Source: an uncultured Chloroflexia bacterium
GTDB taxonomy: Bacteria; Chloroflexota; Limnocylindria; Limnocylindrales; CSP1-4
Direction: 5' to 3'
Length of the DNA stretch: 64,000 nucleotides
NCBI GenBank assembly: GCA_963808895.1
Contig: CAWEHL010000004.1
Location: 771,463 to 835,462, forward strand
Positions 18,365 to 29,496 of the stretch are shown piece after piece (the first letter of the stretch is position 1; each line of letters begins with the position of its first letter). A program made the translations under genes and the position numbers. The notes beneath the pieces were generated by a model. It was not told the origin of the DNA, made no database searches, and saw nothing but the letters and a program-made list of their open reading frames with translations.

Positions 18365-19743
18365 CGTGTCGCGATCGCCCGTGGCGTTGACGCGCTCGCT
18401 CATCGACCGGGTCTTCCCACGCGGCGCGCTGCTGCTCTCGTTCCTGAGCTTCGTCTACTTCATCGCCGGGATCGTGCGGAACCGCGTCTTCGCCAACACC
18501 TTCGGTCCGGGGCCCGAGCTCGACGCGTACAACGCCGCGTTCCGCATCCCCGAGATCGCGCTCGACGTCCTCGTCGCCGCTGGCCTGACGGCGCCGTTCG
18601 TGCCGATCTACACGGCCCTTCGCCGTGACGACGAGCGCGCCGCGAACGACTTCGGGCGCACCGTCCTGACCGCCGCGGTCCTGGTGATGGTCGTCGCGGT
18701 GATCGTGATCCTGTTCGCCGCACCCTGGCTGTCGACGACGATCGGCGCAGGCTTCGACCAGGCCACGCGCGACCTCTACATCGACCTCCTGCGGATCAAC
18801 TGTCTGGCGCAGATCCTGTTCGCGGCGTCGATCTGTCTTGGCGAGGTCCTCGTCGCCAACCGACGTTTCCTGTTCTACGCGCTGGCGCCGATCCTCTACA
18901 CGGCCGGGATCATCGTCGGGACGGTCCTCGGCGCGGAACGCTTCGGGATCGTCGCGACGGCATGGGGCGCCGTCGGTCGGGGCGATCCTCCATCTCGGCG
19001 TCCGGACGCTCGGCGTCCTCGGCACGAGCTTCCGTCCTCGTCCCGGGTTCCGCTTCCGGACGGCGGCCTTCCGCGAGTTCATCCGGCTGATGCTGCCGAG
19101 GATGATCAGCCACCCGATCGAACCCTTGACGTTCACGTTCTTCACGGCGCTGGCGACGACCATCGCGGTCGGCGGCGTCAGTACCGTCAATTTCGCGCTC
19201 GACTACCAGGTCGTGCCGGTGAGCCTGATCGGCATCTCGTTCTCGCTGGCCGTCTTCCCGACGCTGTCGACGGCCTACGCGGATGCCGACCAGGTCGCGT
19301 TCCGCGAGGTCCTCGGGCGGAACGTCGTGACGATCGGGATCCTGACCACGCTTGCGGGCATCGCCCTGTTCATCGGGGCACCGATCCTGGTCGAGGTGCT
19401 CCTCGGCGGCGGCGAGTTCGGGCCGGAGGACGTCGCGATCACGGCGACGATCGTCGCGGCGTTCGCGGTCTCGGTCCCGTTCGACTCGCTGGCCTATCCC
19501 CTCTCCCGCGGCCTGTACGCCACCCACGACACGATCCGCCAGGTCGGCGCTTCATTCGCGGGGTTCGGCGTGGTGCTCGCATCGTCCACCCTGCTCGCGC
19601 CGAGCCTGGGCCTGCTGTCGATCCCGCTCGGCTACGCGCTCGGGATGATCGTCAAGGACATCCTGCTCGCGGCGTTCCTCGTGCGTCGGGTCCGGTCGAT
19701 CGGCCGCCCGACGCCCCCAGAGCCGGTAGCCGCGACCGCGTAG
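18365..19743 (+). pseudogene. murJ: lipid II flippase MurJ (MviN family), one frameshift near 18975
   Basis: N-terminal piece: LLLSFLSFVYFIAGIVRNRVFANTFGPGPELDAYNAAFRIPE...LTAPFVPIY. After the frameshift, the C-terminal piece (track ORF 18838..19743): ILHLGVRTLGV...FREFIRLMLPRMISHPIEPLTF...FPTLS. Confidence 0.85.
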
Positions 19744-19755
19744 TGCCGGGCGGCC

Positions 19756-20709
19756 CTAGCTCGGCCGCGGCTTGGTCGGGACGACCGTGATGAACAGGCC
19801 GTCGCGGTCCTTGTATTGGCCCTCGGGCCGCCGCCAGGGCAGGAAGTTGTCCTGCAGCTCCGCGAAGCTCGTGAAGAACCCCGGCGGGTTCGACGGTCCC
19901 CAGATCGACGAGACATCCGGGTACCACGGATCGAGGATGTAGGCGCCGTCGATCTTCGTGTTGCGGAACGTCGCCGGGTCGCCGCTCGCCCGATATCCCG
20001 TCATCACCCACGTATGCGCCCCACGCCACGCGAGCAGGATCGCCGGCGAATGCGTCTTCTTGATCGCCGCGGCGGCGTCGCGCAGCGCGTACGTCAGGGT
20101 CTCGAACGCGCGGACCTCGTAGCCCGGGGCGCCATAGGCCTTGAGCGCGAGGGCCATCGCACCGGGCCCCCATTCCCCGTTGTGGCTGTCCGAGTACGCC
20201 TCCCACTCATGGACGCGCCCGGCGATCTCGCGCTGGGTGTCATCGGACGTGTTCACCCGGCCGAGGATCGCGAGCGCGCTTTGCACACCAGCGGGCGCGC
20301 ACCAGTCGGGCCGGAGCTCGTGCGCGAAGACCTTGTTCGGGTCGCGGACGATGTTGACGTCCACCGGCTTCGGCTTCGGTTTGGGGGTCGGCTTGGGTGT
20401 CGGCTCCGGGGTCGGAGCCGGGCTATCGCCGGGCTTGAGCGACGGCGTCGCTGTCGGGACCGGTGTGGGCGACTCGGTCTCTTCCGGCGGCTCGGTCACC
20501 CTGACCGTGGCGACCGTGGGACGGTCCGGCACCGGGCCCGCCATGAACCGTTCGACGCGGTTGACGACGCGCAGCCACATATGCCCTGCCCCGAACGTGT
20601 CCGTGGCGACGGCCGCGCCGGTGAGCACGCCGCCGACGACACAGATGCCCACCGCGCCCACCAGGAAACGTCGCAGACGGCTGGGCGCGCGGGGGGTCGA
20701 TCGATACAC
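19756..20709 (-). CDS. membrane-anchored hypothetical protein: N-terminal TM helix, Pro/Thr/Lys-rich linker, C-terminal putative papain-fold (C39-like) domain
   Basis: Intact 317-aa ORF. TM helix: FLVGAVGICVVGGVLTGAAV. Linker: PTPVPTATPSLKPGDSPAPTPEPTPKPTPKPKPKP. Candidate Cys/His pair: DWCAPAGVQSAL ... RGAHTWVMTGY. The domain call is from pattern memory, not a search. Confidence 0.5.
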   Translation of the reverse strand: MYRSTPRAPSRLRRFLVGAVGICVVGGVLTGAAVATDTFGAGHMWLRVVNRVERFMAGPVPDRPTVATVRVTEPPEETESPTPVPTATPSLKPGDSPAPTPEPTPKPTPKPKPKPVDVNIVRDPNKVFAHELRPDWCAPAGVQSALAILGRVNTSDDTQREIAGRVHEWEAYSDSHNGEWGPGAMALALKAYGAPGYEVRAFETLTYALRDAAAAIKKTHSPAILLAWRGAHTWVMTGYRASGDPATFRNTKIDGAYILDPWYPDVSSIWGPSNPPGFFTSFAELQDNFLPWRRPEGQYKDRDGLFITVVPTKPRPS

Positions 20710-20918
20710 GAGGGGTGGGCTCCTAGGTTCGCCTGGGCGTCAGGTTCATGACGCGCGGGAGTCGCTCCGCGTTACTTGCGTCGGCCGGGAGGCGACCGGC
20801 CTCGCACGACCGTACCGCCGGTGAGGAAGCGCGTCCAACGGGGTGCTCGGGACGGCGCGGCCGACGGACGTCCGGTCCGACGCGCGCCTGTGGCACCATC
20901 GGACTCGACCATCGCCCG

Positions 20919-22139
20919 ATGCACGCCGTCACGCCAGGAGCCTCAGCTGTGGACCGTTTCGAGCCGAATCTCCGCATCCCCGGCCCTACCGCGCTGCCGC
21001 CGAGTGTCCGGACCGCGGGCGCCCGGCAGATGATCAACCATCGCGGCCCGGAGTTCGCCGCGATGCTCAAGCGGATCCTGGACGGCATCAAGCCGTTCTT
21101 CGGGACGACGTCCGACGTGGCGATGCTGACCACGGCCGGATCCGGCGGCCTCGAGGCCGCGATCGTCAACACGCTGTCGCCAGGCGACCGCGTCCTGGGC
21201 GTCAGCATCGGCTCGTTCGGTGACCGCTTCGCCAAGATCGCCGGGATCTACGGGGCCGACGTCACGAAGCTCGACGCGGAATGGGGCTACGCCGCGGCCG
21301 CGGACGAGATCCGCGAGCGTCTCCGCGGGATGCCCGACGCCAGGGCCGTCCTGCTCACCCACAACGAGACCTCGACCGGCGTCATGAACCCGATCCCCGA
21401 GCTCGCGGCGGCGATCCGCGACGAGACGCCGGACGCGCTGATCCTCGTCGACAGCGTGTCGGGCCTTGGCGCCGTCCCGTTCGAGATGGACGCGTGGGGC
21501 GTCGACGTCGTCGTCACGGGGTCACAGAAGGCGTGGATGGCGGCTCCTGGTCTGTCGATGATCGCGGCGTCGCCGCGGGCGTGGGCCGCGATGGAGCACG
21601 CCACGATGCCCCGCTTCTACCTCGACCTGCGCGCCCATCGGGCAGCAGCCGCGGACGGGGAGACCCCGTTCACGCCGGCGATCGCGGTCGTCTTCCAGGT
21701 CGACGAGGGCCTTCGGCTGATGCAGGAGGAAGGCGCCGAGGCGATCTTCGCCCGCCACGAGGCATGCGCCGCGGCGTCGCGCGCCGGTCTCGCCGCGCTC
21801 GGCTTCGAGCTGTTCGCCGACGAGCGTCACTACTCGCGGACCGTGACCGCCGCGACGGTGCCCGACGGCCTCGACTGGAAGGCGTTCAACGGCGCACTCA
21901 AGGATCGCGGCCTCGTGCTGGCCGGTGGCCAGGGCAAGCTCAAGGGCCGGATCTTCCGCCTCGGTCATCTCGGCTCCGTGACCGTCGAGGAGATCCTCGG
22001 CGCGCTCGCGCTGCTCGAAGAGGTCTCGATCGAGTCCGGCCGTCCGGTCGAGCCGGGCACGGCGGTCGCGGCCGCCCAGCGTGCCGCGCTCGCGTCCAAG
22101 GGCATCCTCAGCATGTCGGTCGCCGGAACCAGCGCGTGA
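20919..22139 (+). CDS. class V aminotransferase (serine-pyruvate/alanine-glyoxylate/phosphoserine aminotransferase family; a SerC-like role is inferred from the operon)
   Basis: ATG at 20919 gives MHAVTPG...RIPGPTALPPSV...MINHRGPEF...VLLTHNETSTGV...VVVTGSQKAWMAAPGLS (PLP-lysine motif SQK). Its stop overlaps the serA GTG as GTGA at 22136..22139. Confidence 0.8.
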   Translation: MHAVTPGASAVDRFEPNLRIPGPTALPPSVRTAGARQMINHRGPEFAAMLKRILDGIKPFFGTTSDVAMLTTAGSGGLEAAIVNTLSPGDRVLGVSIGSFGDRFAKIAGIYGADVTKLDAEWGYAAAADEIRERLRGMPDARAVLLTHNETSTGVMNPIPELAAAIRDETPDALILVDSVSGLGAVPFEMDAWGVDVVVTGSQKAWMAAPGLSMIAASPRAWAAMEHATMPRFYLDLRAHRAAAADGETPFTPAIAVVFQVDEGLRLMQEEGAEAIFARHEACAAASRAGLAALGFELFADERHYSRTVTAATVPDGLDWKAFNGALKDRGLVLAGGQGKLKGRIFRLGHLGSVTVEEILGALALLEEVSIESGRPVEPGTAVAAAQRAALASKGILSMSVAGTSA

Positions 22140-23726
22140 AGGTCCTCGTCGCCGAGAGCGTCGCGCGCGAGGGCATCGATCTCCTCGCCGCGCACCACGA
22201 GGTCGACGAACGCATCGGCTGCACCCGCGACGAGCTCGCCGCGATCCTGCCGGAGTACGACGCGCTCATCGTCCGCAGCCAGGTCCAGGTCGATGCCGAG
22301 CTGATCTCGGCGGGCGCCCGGCTGGTCGTCATCGGCCGAGCCGGGGTCGGCGTCGACAACGTCGACCTCGATGCGGCGACGCGGGCCGGGATCACCGTCG
22401 TCAACGCCCCGACGGGCAATACGATCGCCGCGGCCGAGCACACACTCGCCCTCCTGTACGGCGTCGCACGGCGGACCGCCGCGGCCGATGCGAGCCTGCG
22501 TCGCGGCGAATGGAAGCGCAGCGAGTTCACGGGACTCGAGCTGCGTGGCCGGACGCTCGGGATCATCGGGCTCGGCAAGATCGGCCAGGCGATCGCGGTC
22601 CGGGCACGCGCGATGGAGATGATCGTCGTCGGCAGCGACCCGTACCTGACCGCAGAGCAGGCCGCCAACCACGGCGTCGAGCTCGTCGATCTGCCGACGC
22701 TGCTCGAGCGCGCGGACGTCGTCACGGTCCACGTCCCGCTGACCCGGGCCACCCGGGGGATCATCGGCAGGAAGGAGATCGCGCGGCTGAAGCCCGGTTC
22801 GATCGTGCTCAACGTGGCTCGCGGCGGGATCGTCGACGAGGCGGCGGTCGCTGCGGCGCTCGAGAGTGGCCATCTCGCCGGCGCAGGCTTCGACGTCTTC
22901 GAGATCGAACCGCCGACCGACTCGCCCCTCCTCTCCGCCCCGAACACCCTGCTCACGCCGCATCTCGGGGCATCGACGGCCGAAGCCCAGGTCCTCGTCG
23001 CCGAGGAGGTCGCGGGACAAGTCCTCGACGTCCTCGAGGGACGCAGCGCACGGTACGCGGTGAATGCGCCGCTCCTGACGCCCGAGACCGCCCGCGTCAT
23101 CGGCCCGTACCTGCCGCTCGCCGAGATCCTCGGCCGGTTCTTCGCCCAGTTCTCGCGCGGTGGCGTGCGCACCCTCACGCTGGAGATCGCGGGCGAGCTC
23201 GCCGAGCACGATGCATCGCCACTCACGGCCGCCGTGCTCCGTGGCCTGCTCGAGACCGTGACGACCGAGCGGGTCAACCTCGTCAACGCCGGCGCCCTCG
23301 CGAAGGCGCGCGGCATCTCGCTGGTCGAGCGCAAGACGCCGCGATGCCGGCGCATACGCGACGCAGCTCACGCTCTCGAGCGACGGGTCGGCGGGCGGAC
23401 GCGGGATCACGGTCGGCGGCACCGTCGCCGGGGGCGAGGCGCGGATCACCCGGCTCGGCGGGTATCGGCTGGACATGGAGCCGACCGACGTGATGCTCAT
23501 CACCCGCCACACCGACAAGCCCGGCATGGTCGGGCGTGTCGGCGCGATGCTCGGCGAGGCCGACGTGAACATCAGCGCGATGCATCTCGCGCGGACGCGA
23601 CCACGCGAGGATGCGTTGATGATCCTCGCGCTCGACGACGACGTGTCGCCCGAGGTCGAAGGCGCCATCCGCGACCTCGACGCGGTGCTCGACCTGTGGA
23701 CGATCCGGCTCGGCCGGGACCGCTGA
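22136..23726 (+). pseudogene. serA: D-3-phosphoglycerate dehydrogenase SerA (long form with ACT domain), one frameshift near 23345
   Basis: VKVLVAESVAREGIDLL...GRAGVGVDNVDLDAATRAGITVVNAPTGN...GIIGLGKIGQAIA...NVARGGIVDE...LLTPHLGASTAEAQ. The ACT-domain piece is in another frame: RLDMEPTDVMLITRHTDKPGMVGRVGAMLGEADVNISAMHLAR. Confidence 0.9.
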
Positions 23727-23745
23727 CAGGGCGGGTCACGACCAC

Positions 23746-24565
23746 ATGAACGAGGTTCGCGACGACCCTGCCCCGCTGATCCCTGAGCTCCTGGACGCGA
23801 CGCTCGTGCTCGTGCGGCACGGCGAATCGGAGTTCATCGTCCAGGGACGGTTCCAGGGCCACGCCGAGACACCGCTGTCGCCGACCGGGCTGCGCCAGGC
23901 CGCGCTCGTCGCGGAGCGCCTCGCCCATCCTCACGATCCGCCGGCCCTGCCGGTGCCGGACGGCCCGCTACGCGAGGTCGTGCACTCGCCCCTCCGCCGC
24001 ACGACCCAGACCGCCGAGGCGATCGTGGACGCAGCTCCGGATCTCGCCGCCCCTGCGGCCCGAACCCGGCTTGCTCGAGATCGCCCAGGGCGAGTGGGAG
24101 GGCCTCCACCGGGACGAGGTCGCGGCACGGTACGGCGACATCCTCGCGGCCTGGCGACGCTCGCCGACGACGGCGTGGGCACCCGGCGGCGAGTCGCTGG
24201 CGGAGGTCCAGGCCCGGGTCCGACCGGCACTCGCCGGGATGCTGGCGACGCTCGCTGAAGGCGGCGTGCCTGGATCGCTCGACCGCTCGCAGGTGTCGGG
24301 CTACATGGACGAGCTGCCGACCCATCCGTGGTCGATCGCCGTCGCGCACGATGGCGTCTTCAAGATCACGTTACTGACGCTGTTCGACCTGCCGCTCGAG
24401 CGCTTCTGGATGTGGACGATGGATCTCGCGGCGATCACCGTCGTCGAGTTCCGTGCGGGCCGACCGGTCCTGCGCGCGCACAACCTGACCGCGCATCTCG
24501 CGCCGCTGCTCGATGAAGCGGCGCAGGAGGAACAGGAAGAGCGCAGCCGGAGCGGGGCGCTGTAG
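23746..24565 (+). pseudogene. histidine phosphatase family protein (dPGM/cobC-like), one frameshift near 24060
   Basis: The N-terminus has the RHG motif: ATLVLVRHGESEFIVQGRFQGHAETPLSPTGLRQA...VHSPLRRTTQTAE. The rest is in a second frame: LLEIAQGEWEGLHRDEV...GGESLAEVQARV...IAVAHDGVFK. Confidence 0.75.
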
Positions 24566-24643
24566 CTCTGTCGCGGAGCGCGCGTGCGTGGGCCGGCGGC
24601 CCCCGGGCGTGAGCGGCGCGCGTGCGCCCGCGGCGCGCGTGCG

Positions 24644-26963
24644 TCAGCGGCGCCTGCGGCGCTTCCGGCTGCGCCGTCGAGGCACGAGCCGGAACAGTTG
24701 CAACCGAAGGCGGCGATGCGCCACACGGAGCGCGTCCAGACGGTCGTCGGCCAGGGTCCGACCGCCATACGCCACCTCGACCTTCGCCTGCGCCACGGCC
24801 TCGAGCTCGGGCCGAACCATCGGCAGCTCATCCGCCAGCGCGCCCGCGTATTCGTAGACCGTCTGGTTCGGGCGCGGGCCGAAGCCCAGACGAGCGGCAA
24901 GTCGCGATACGGAGCCGTACACGTCGTTCGGCGAGACCGGGCCGCGCGGCGAGCGACGCCAAGCGACTGCCGCGATGGATCCGACGACCACGGCGAGGAG
25001 GATCGCGATCCCGATGAGCAGGCCGGCCGAGGGTCCGGCGGGCGGGCGCGTGATCCGAACCACTCCCGCTCCCGACGATCCCTGTCGCGACGGACCGGGC
25101 CGGTCCGGTACGAGGGACGAGCTCCCCGACGCCTTCGGGCTCCCGCTCGCGACCGGCGCCCCGGACGGGATCGGGGCGAGCTGCGGGCGCTCATCGACGG
25201 GTCCGCCGGTCGGGTCGAAGTCGATCCAGCCATAGCTCGGGAAGTACGCCTGGACCCAGGCGTGCGCGTCCTGCGGACCGGACCGTCCGCGAGTTCCCGA
25301 TCGGATCGGGCTTGCCGGGCAGGAAGCCCTGGACGTACCGCGCCGGGATGCCCAGCTCGCGCAGGAACACGGCCATCATCGACGCGTAGTACTGGCAGAA
25401 GCCCGTGCCGCGTGAGCGCGAAGCACTCGACGACCGACGGGTCGTCGCAGCGCTTGTCGGTGAGGTCGGTGTCGTACTCGGAACTGGTTCGGGTCGCGCA
25501 GCGTGCGTTCGATCGCGACAGCGAGGTCGTACGGGTCGTGCGACGGCGCGTTCTGGACGATGTCCTGGAGGAGCTTCTGGGACTCCGGCCCGATCGCTTC
25601 CGCCGGCAGCGTGTCCTTGCCGTAGAGCGGCCATCACGTCGGCCGGATAGCCATCCCCGGCGGCCCGGAGTTGCTCCTCTGTCAGGCCACCCTGGGCCTC
25701 GGGCGCGGCGACGAGCGTCGTCACGGTGTAGGAAGCGTCGCTGGCCTCGCGGTCGATGCCGGTCAGATATCCCGCGTCTCCCGTCAGGTGTACGCGGACC
25801 GGCGTGCTGATACTCGTAGGGAGACCGGGCGTGAAGACCTCGCGCCGCGTGAACAACGGGGTGATCGTCGCGACGAGGGTCCGCCGACCCTCCGGGCTGA
25901 CGTCGTCGGCGGTCCCGGCCAGCAGGTCCTGGCTGGCATCGGGCGTGATCTGGGCACCCTGCGAACTGGTCCATCCGCGGAGTTGGAACTGGTCGTAGTA
26001 CACCGCCGCCAGGAACGGCGGGAAATCCTCCTCGGTAGGGAATTCGATCCGCAGCTGTTCCTGCGCGCTCGTGTTCCAGGTGGATGTGATCGTCGAGCTA
26101 TCGCCGAACGATGGGCCGATCCCCACCGCGTCCGGCGTGATCGGCAGGAACCGCTGGAGGAACTGGCCCCAGTCGACCACCCGCGCCGCGACTCCCGTCC
26201 AGGCGCCGGCCAGCGGCGCCGAGGATGCACCGGCCGTCAGCGCCAGCGAGCCGGTGATGGCCGCGATGATGAAGACCGTGCCGCCCCGCAGGTAGAGCGC
26301 CGAGATCGCGGTCGGGTCGCCGATGCGGCGGCGGAGCCAATCGGCCTGCTCATCGAGCGTGTGGAAGCGCACGAGCAGGAAGAGGCTCGCGATCGAGAAG
26401 ATGACCATGAAGGTCAGCTGCGGGCGGACCGTCAGCGACATGTTGGCGATGAGCAGGAGCCCGATCACGACCACGGCATTGATCGGCCGCCGATGCCCGA
26501 ACGTCGCGTAGCTCGCGAACTGGGCCGTTCCCCAGGTGATCAGGCCGAGCACCAGCAGGTGATGGCCGTACGCGGGCGTGAACAGGAGTTGCGCGACGAT
26601 CAGGTCCGAGAACGCCCGCACGGCCTCGTCGGTCGTGGCTTGGAACAGGAAACGGAGCGATCCGCCATCCGGCTCCAGCGCCCAGCCGACGAGCAGCGGC
26701 ACGACAAGGGCGGCGAACATCGCCCCGATCGCGTGCGTGGTCCAGCGACCCCAGCCGACCAGCGGGCCGATGAGGCCGATCGCCGCCCCACCCATCGCGG
26801 CCCAGAACAGGAAGTCCGTCAGCTCGTCCCGACCGAGGACGAGCAACGCATCGTCGAGCGACCACGCGAGCGTCGCGCAGACGAGCAGGACGAGCCCGAT
26901 CGTGAACCAGCCGTCCGGCCGGCGGAGCGAATCGAGCAGCGCCCGGTTGTCGCGGCCGCTCAT
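24644..26963 (-). pseudogene. transglutaminase-like membrane protein (TgpA-type: polytopic N-terminus, transglutaminase core, DUF4129-like C-terminus), at least 5 frameshifts between about 25650 and 25060
   Basis: ATG at 26963 gives MSGRDNRALLDSL, followed by about 6 TM helices. The core Cys motif GFCQYYASMMAVFLRELGIPARYVQGF and the segment DTDLTDKRCDDPSVVECFA lie in different frames. The C-terminal ORF 24644..25063 has a TM helix plus YEYAGALADELP. Confidence 0.75.
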
Positions 26964-28218
26964 GAGATCAGGACCTCCCCGAGCGGCCGGTTCGGCTCGA
27001 TCGTGTGGGCCTTGAGCTCGTACTCGGCGAGCGCGTGGTTGATGGCACGACGCCGTTTGGCGGTCGCCTCGTCGGACGCAGCGTCGTGGCGGACCTCGCC
27101 GCCCGCCGCCTCGGCCTTCACCGCCGCTTCGTACGCGGCATAGCGCGCGGCGTCGGCGAGCACGACCACGCAGCCGATCCCTCGCGTTCGCAGCGAGGCG
27201 AGCGGGCCGGATCCACGCTGCGTCCGTCGAGGCGGTGATGACGACCGCCGTCATCCCGCGCCGCAGCCGGCCCGACCGATGCGATCAGCGTCTCGACCAG
27301 TGGTGTAGCCGAGTCGGCGTCGACCGCCGCGAGGAGCTGCATGACCTTCTGGTGCTGCCGACCGCCGCGGTCCGCTGGCAGGTAGGCGGTCCGCCCCGCG
27401 TTGACCGTCATGCCCACCGCGCGGTTCTCGGTCAGCGCCTTGTCGGCGATCGAGGCGGCCGCGCGGATCATCGCCTCGGTCGTCGATTCCTCCCCGCGGC
27501 CGGCCTGGATACCGCGCTGCAGGTCGAGGATGATCCACGCGTCGGCCGTCTGCTCGAGGTCGAACTCCTTGACCTGGATGTCGCCGTGACGCGCTGTCGA
27601 GCGCCAGTGGATGCGGTTCATGCTGTCGCCGGGCGCGTAGGGCCGGACGGTCGTCGCCAGCGGCGTGGTCTGGAGCGTCCGCTCGGGTGAGGCGTGGCTG
27701 CCCTCGAGGCTCGCGGCCGGCAGTCGCCACATCGGCAGCGGCTCGAGGCGCGGATAGACCACCACGCTGATCCCCTGCCCGACGGTCGCTGCCGCCTCGA
27801 AGAACCCGAACGGATCGGCGGTCCGGATGTGGAGCGGCTCGATCCGGAAGTGCCCACGGCGGGTGAGCGGCGCGCGGATGAGCCAGGAGCGCTCGGCATG
27901 GCCGCCGAGCGTGATCGCGCGGCCGGGCAGACCACCGGGAAGCGTCGTCGGGTTGTGGATCTCGAGCCACGGCTTGGGAAGCCGGCTGCTGTTCCGGAGC
28001 GTATAGGTGACCCGCATACGGTCACCGACGTGCCCGTGCAGCTGGCTCACCGCGTAGCCGGCCTCGAGGTCCGACAGACCCAGCCGGACGAGCACGTACG
28101 AGCCGCCGACGACGAGGATCCCGAGGTAGAGCAGGTAGAAGAGGAAGTCGTAGCCGGTCGAGAACGCCGCGACCACGAGGATGGTCGCGAGAGCGATGGC
28201 CTGGAGTCGTCGGAACAT
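26960..28218 (-). pseudogene. DUF58 family protein (vWA-like, MoxR-associated), 2 frameshifts near 27250-27180
   Basis: Two N-terminal TM helices, then RPYAPGDSMNRIHWRSTARHGDIQVKEFD (the DUF58 signature). The C-terminus continues in other frames: MTAVVITASTDAAW..., then VVVLADAARYAAYEAAV...LGEVLIS. Its stop overlaps the transglutaminase ATG as ATGA at 26960..26963. Confidence 0.8.
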
Positions 28219-28251
28219 CGGCCGCCCGCGGGATGAAGGTGGTGCTGGACG

Positions 28252-29262
28252 CTAGGCGGAGGGGCCGGTCTTGACGCCGGGCGTCGCCGGTCGGATCTCG
28301 GTCGGGCCGCCGCCTCCGGTCGGGCGGATGCCGTCGATCGCGGTGCCGTCGAGGATCTCGCGTACGACCTGGGCCGCCTGCACGTCGTGGATCGACGAGC
28401 TCGTCTTGATGATCAGCCGGTGTGCCAGGGCGGCCTCGGCCAGGGCCTTGACGTCATCGGGGATCACGTAGTCGCGACCGAGCAGGCCGGCCAGTGCCTG
28501 GCCGGCGCGGTACAGCGCGATCGAGCCGCGCGGGGACGCGCCGAGATAGACGTCCGGGTGGGTTCGCGTCGCGTTGACGATCCGGACGATGTAGTCCGCC
28601 ACCGTCGAATCGACGTAGATCTCGCGGACCGCGTCCTGCAACCCACGCAGCTCCTCGACCGCGAGGACCTCTTCGACCTCGTCGAGCGGATGCGTCCGCT
28701 TCTGCTCGTCGAGGATGACGATCTCCTCGATCGGCTGGGGATAGCCGAGGCGGATCCGGAGCATGAACCGGTCGAGCTGGGCTTCCGGGAGGGCGAACGT
28801 GCCCTCGTACTCGATCGGGTTCTGCGTCGCGATGACGAGGAAGGGGTCGGGCATCTGGTGGGTGACGCCGTCGATCGTCGCCTGGCGCTCCTCCATGCAC
28901 TCGAGCAGGCTCGACTGCGTCTTGGGCGTCGCGCGGTTGATCTCGTCGGCGAGCACGACCTGGCTCATGATCGGGCCCGGCCGGAACTCGAATTCCTGCG
29001 TCTTCTGGTTGTAGATCGACAGGCCCGTCACGTCCGACGGCAGCAGGTCCGGCGTGAACTGGATGCGCCGGAACGAGCAGCCGAGGCTACGTGCGATGGC
29101 CTTCGCCAGGACCGTCTTGCCCGTGCCCGGGACGTCCTCGATGAGGAGATGGCCGCGACACAGCAGTGCGACCAGCGCGAGTCGGACTTCGTGATGCTTG
29201 CCGACGATGACGCGCTCGACGTTGGCGATGACCTTATCGCCCGTTTCCTGGATCTTCGACAT
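28252..29262 (-). CDS. MoxR-family AAA+ ATPase
   Basis: Intact 336-aa ORF with [71 protein letters not shown] and GASPRGS. Confidence 0.9.
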   Translation of the reverse strand: MSKIQETGDKVIANVERVIVGKHHEVRLALVALLCRGHLLIEDVPGTGKTVLAKAIARSLGCSFRRIQFTPDLLPSDVTGLSIYNQKTQEFEFRPGPIMSQVVLADEINRATPKTQSSLLECMEERQATIDGVTHQMPDPFLVIATQNPIEYEGTFALPEAQLDRFMLRIRLGYPQPIEEIVILDEQKRTHPLDEVEEVLAVEELRGLQDAVREIYVDSTVADYIVRIVNATRTHPDVYLGASPRGSIALYRAGQALAGLLGRDYVIPDDVKALAEAALAHRLIIKTSSSIHDVQAAQVVREILDGTAIDGIRPTGGGGPTEIRPATPGVKTGPSA

Positions 29263-29496
29263 GACCCTCTCACATGGAACGGCGGGTGCGGTTCACCGGC
29301 CTTGTTCGGGCACTGGGGAAGGGAGTGACGGTACACCTCGGGACATGAGGTGGTGTCAGGGCATAGTACGTCGGCTCCGTCGAATCGGTTCCGGGCGGCC
29401 TGGGCTGGCCGACCCCCTCACCTATATAGGCGTCGCGGACACGCGAATCGTTCGAACCGCGCGAGGGAGCCGCGCGCGATGCGCGTCTTTGCGACG

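Noticed and set aside
20710-20918. A possible riboswitch or sRNA in the 209-bp divergent region between the C39-like gene and the aminotransferase. The other 100-230-bp gaps (8313..8413, 13855..14034, 18246..18364, 29263..29496, 33885..34057, 58572..58667) were examined in the same way.
   Set aside because: I could not find conserved cores of riboswitch classes that I can recognise by eye (TPP, SAM, cobalamin, glycine, FMN, purine, ykkC/guanidine, c-di-GMP). There were also no convincing terminator-antiterminator pairs. These gaps look like ordinary divergent promoter regions. A covariance-model scan would be needed to be sure.
29421-29430. The AT-rich perfect palindrome CCTATATAGG in the MoxR upstream region, as a specific operator.
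   Set aside because: It is only 10 bp and occurs once in the window. It is equally well explained as a TATA-type -10 element for the moxR promoter on the minus strand. It is too little to support a regulatory-site call without a TSS or comparative data.
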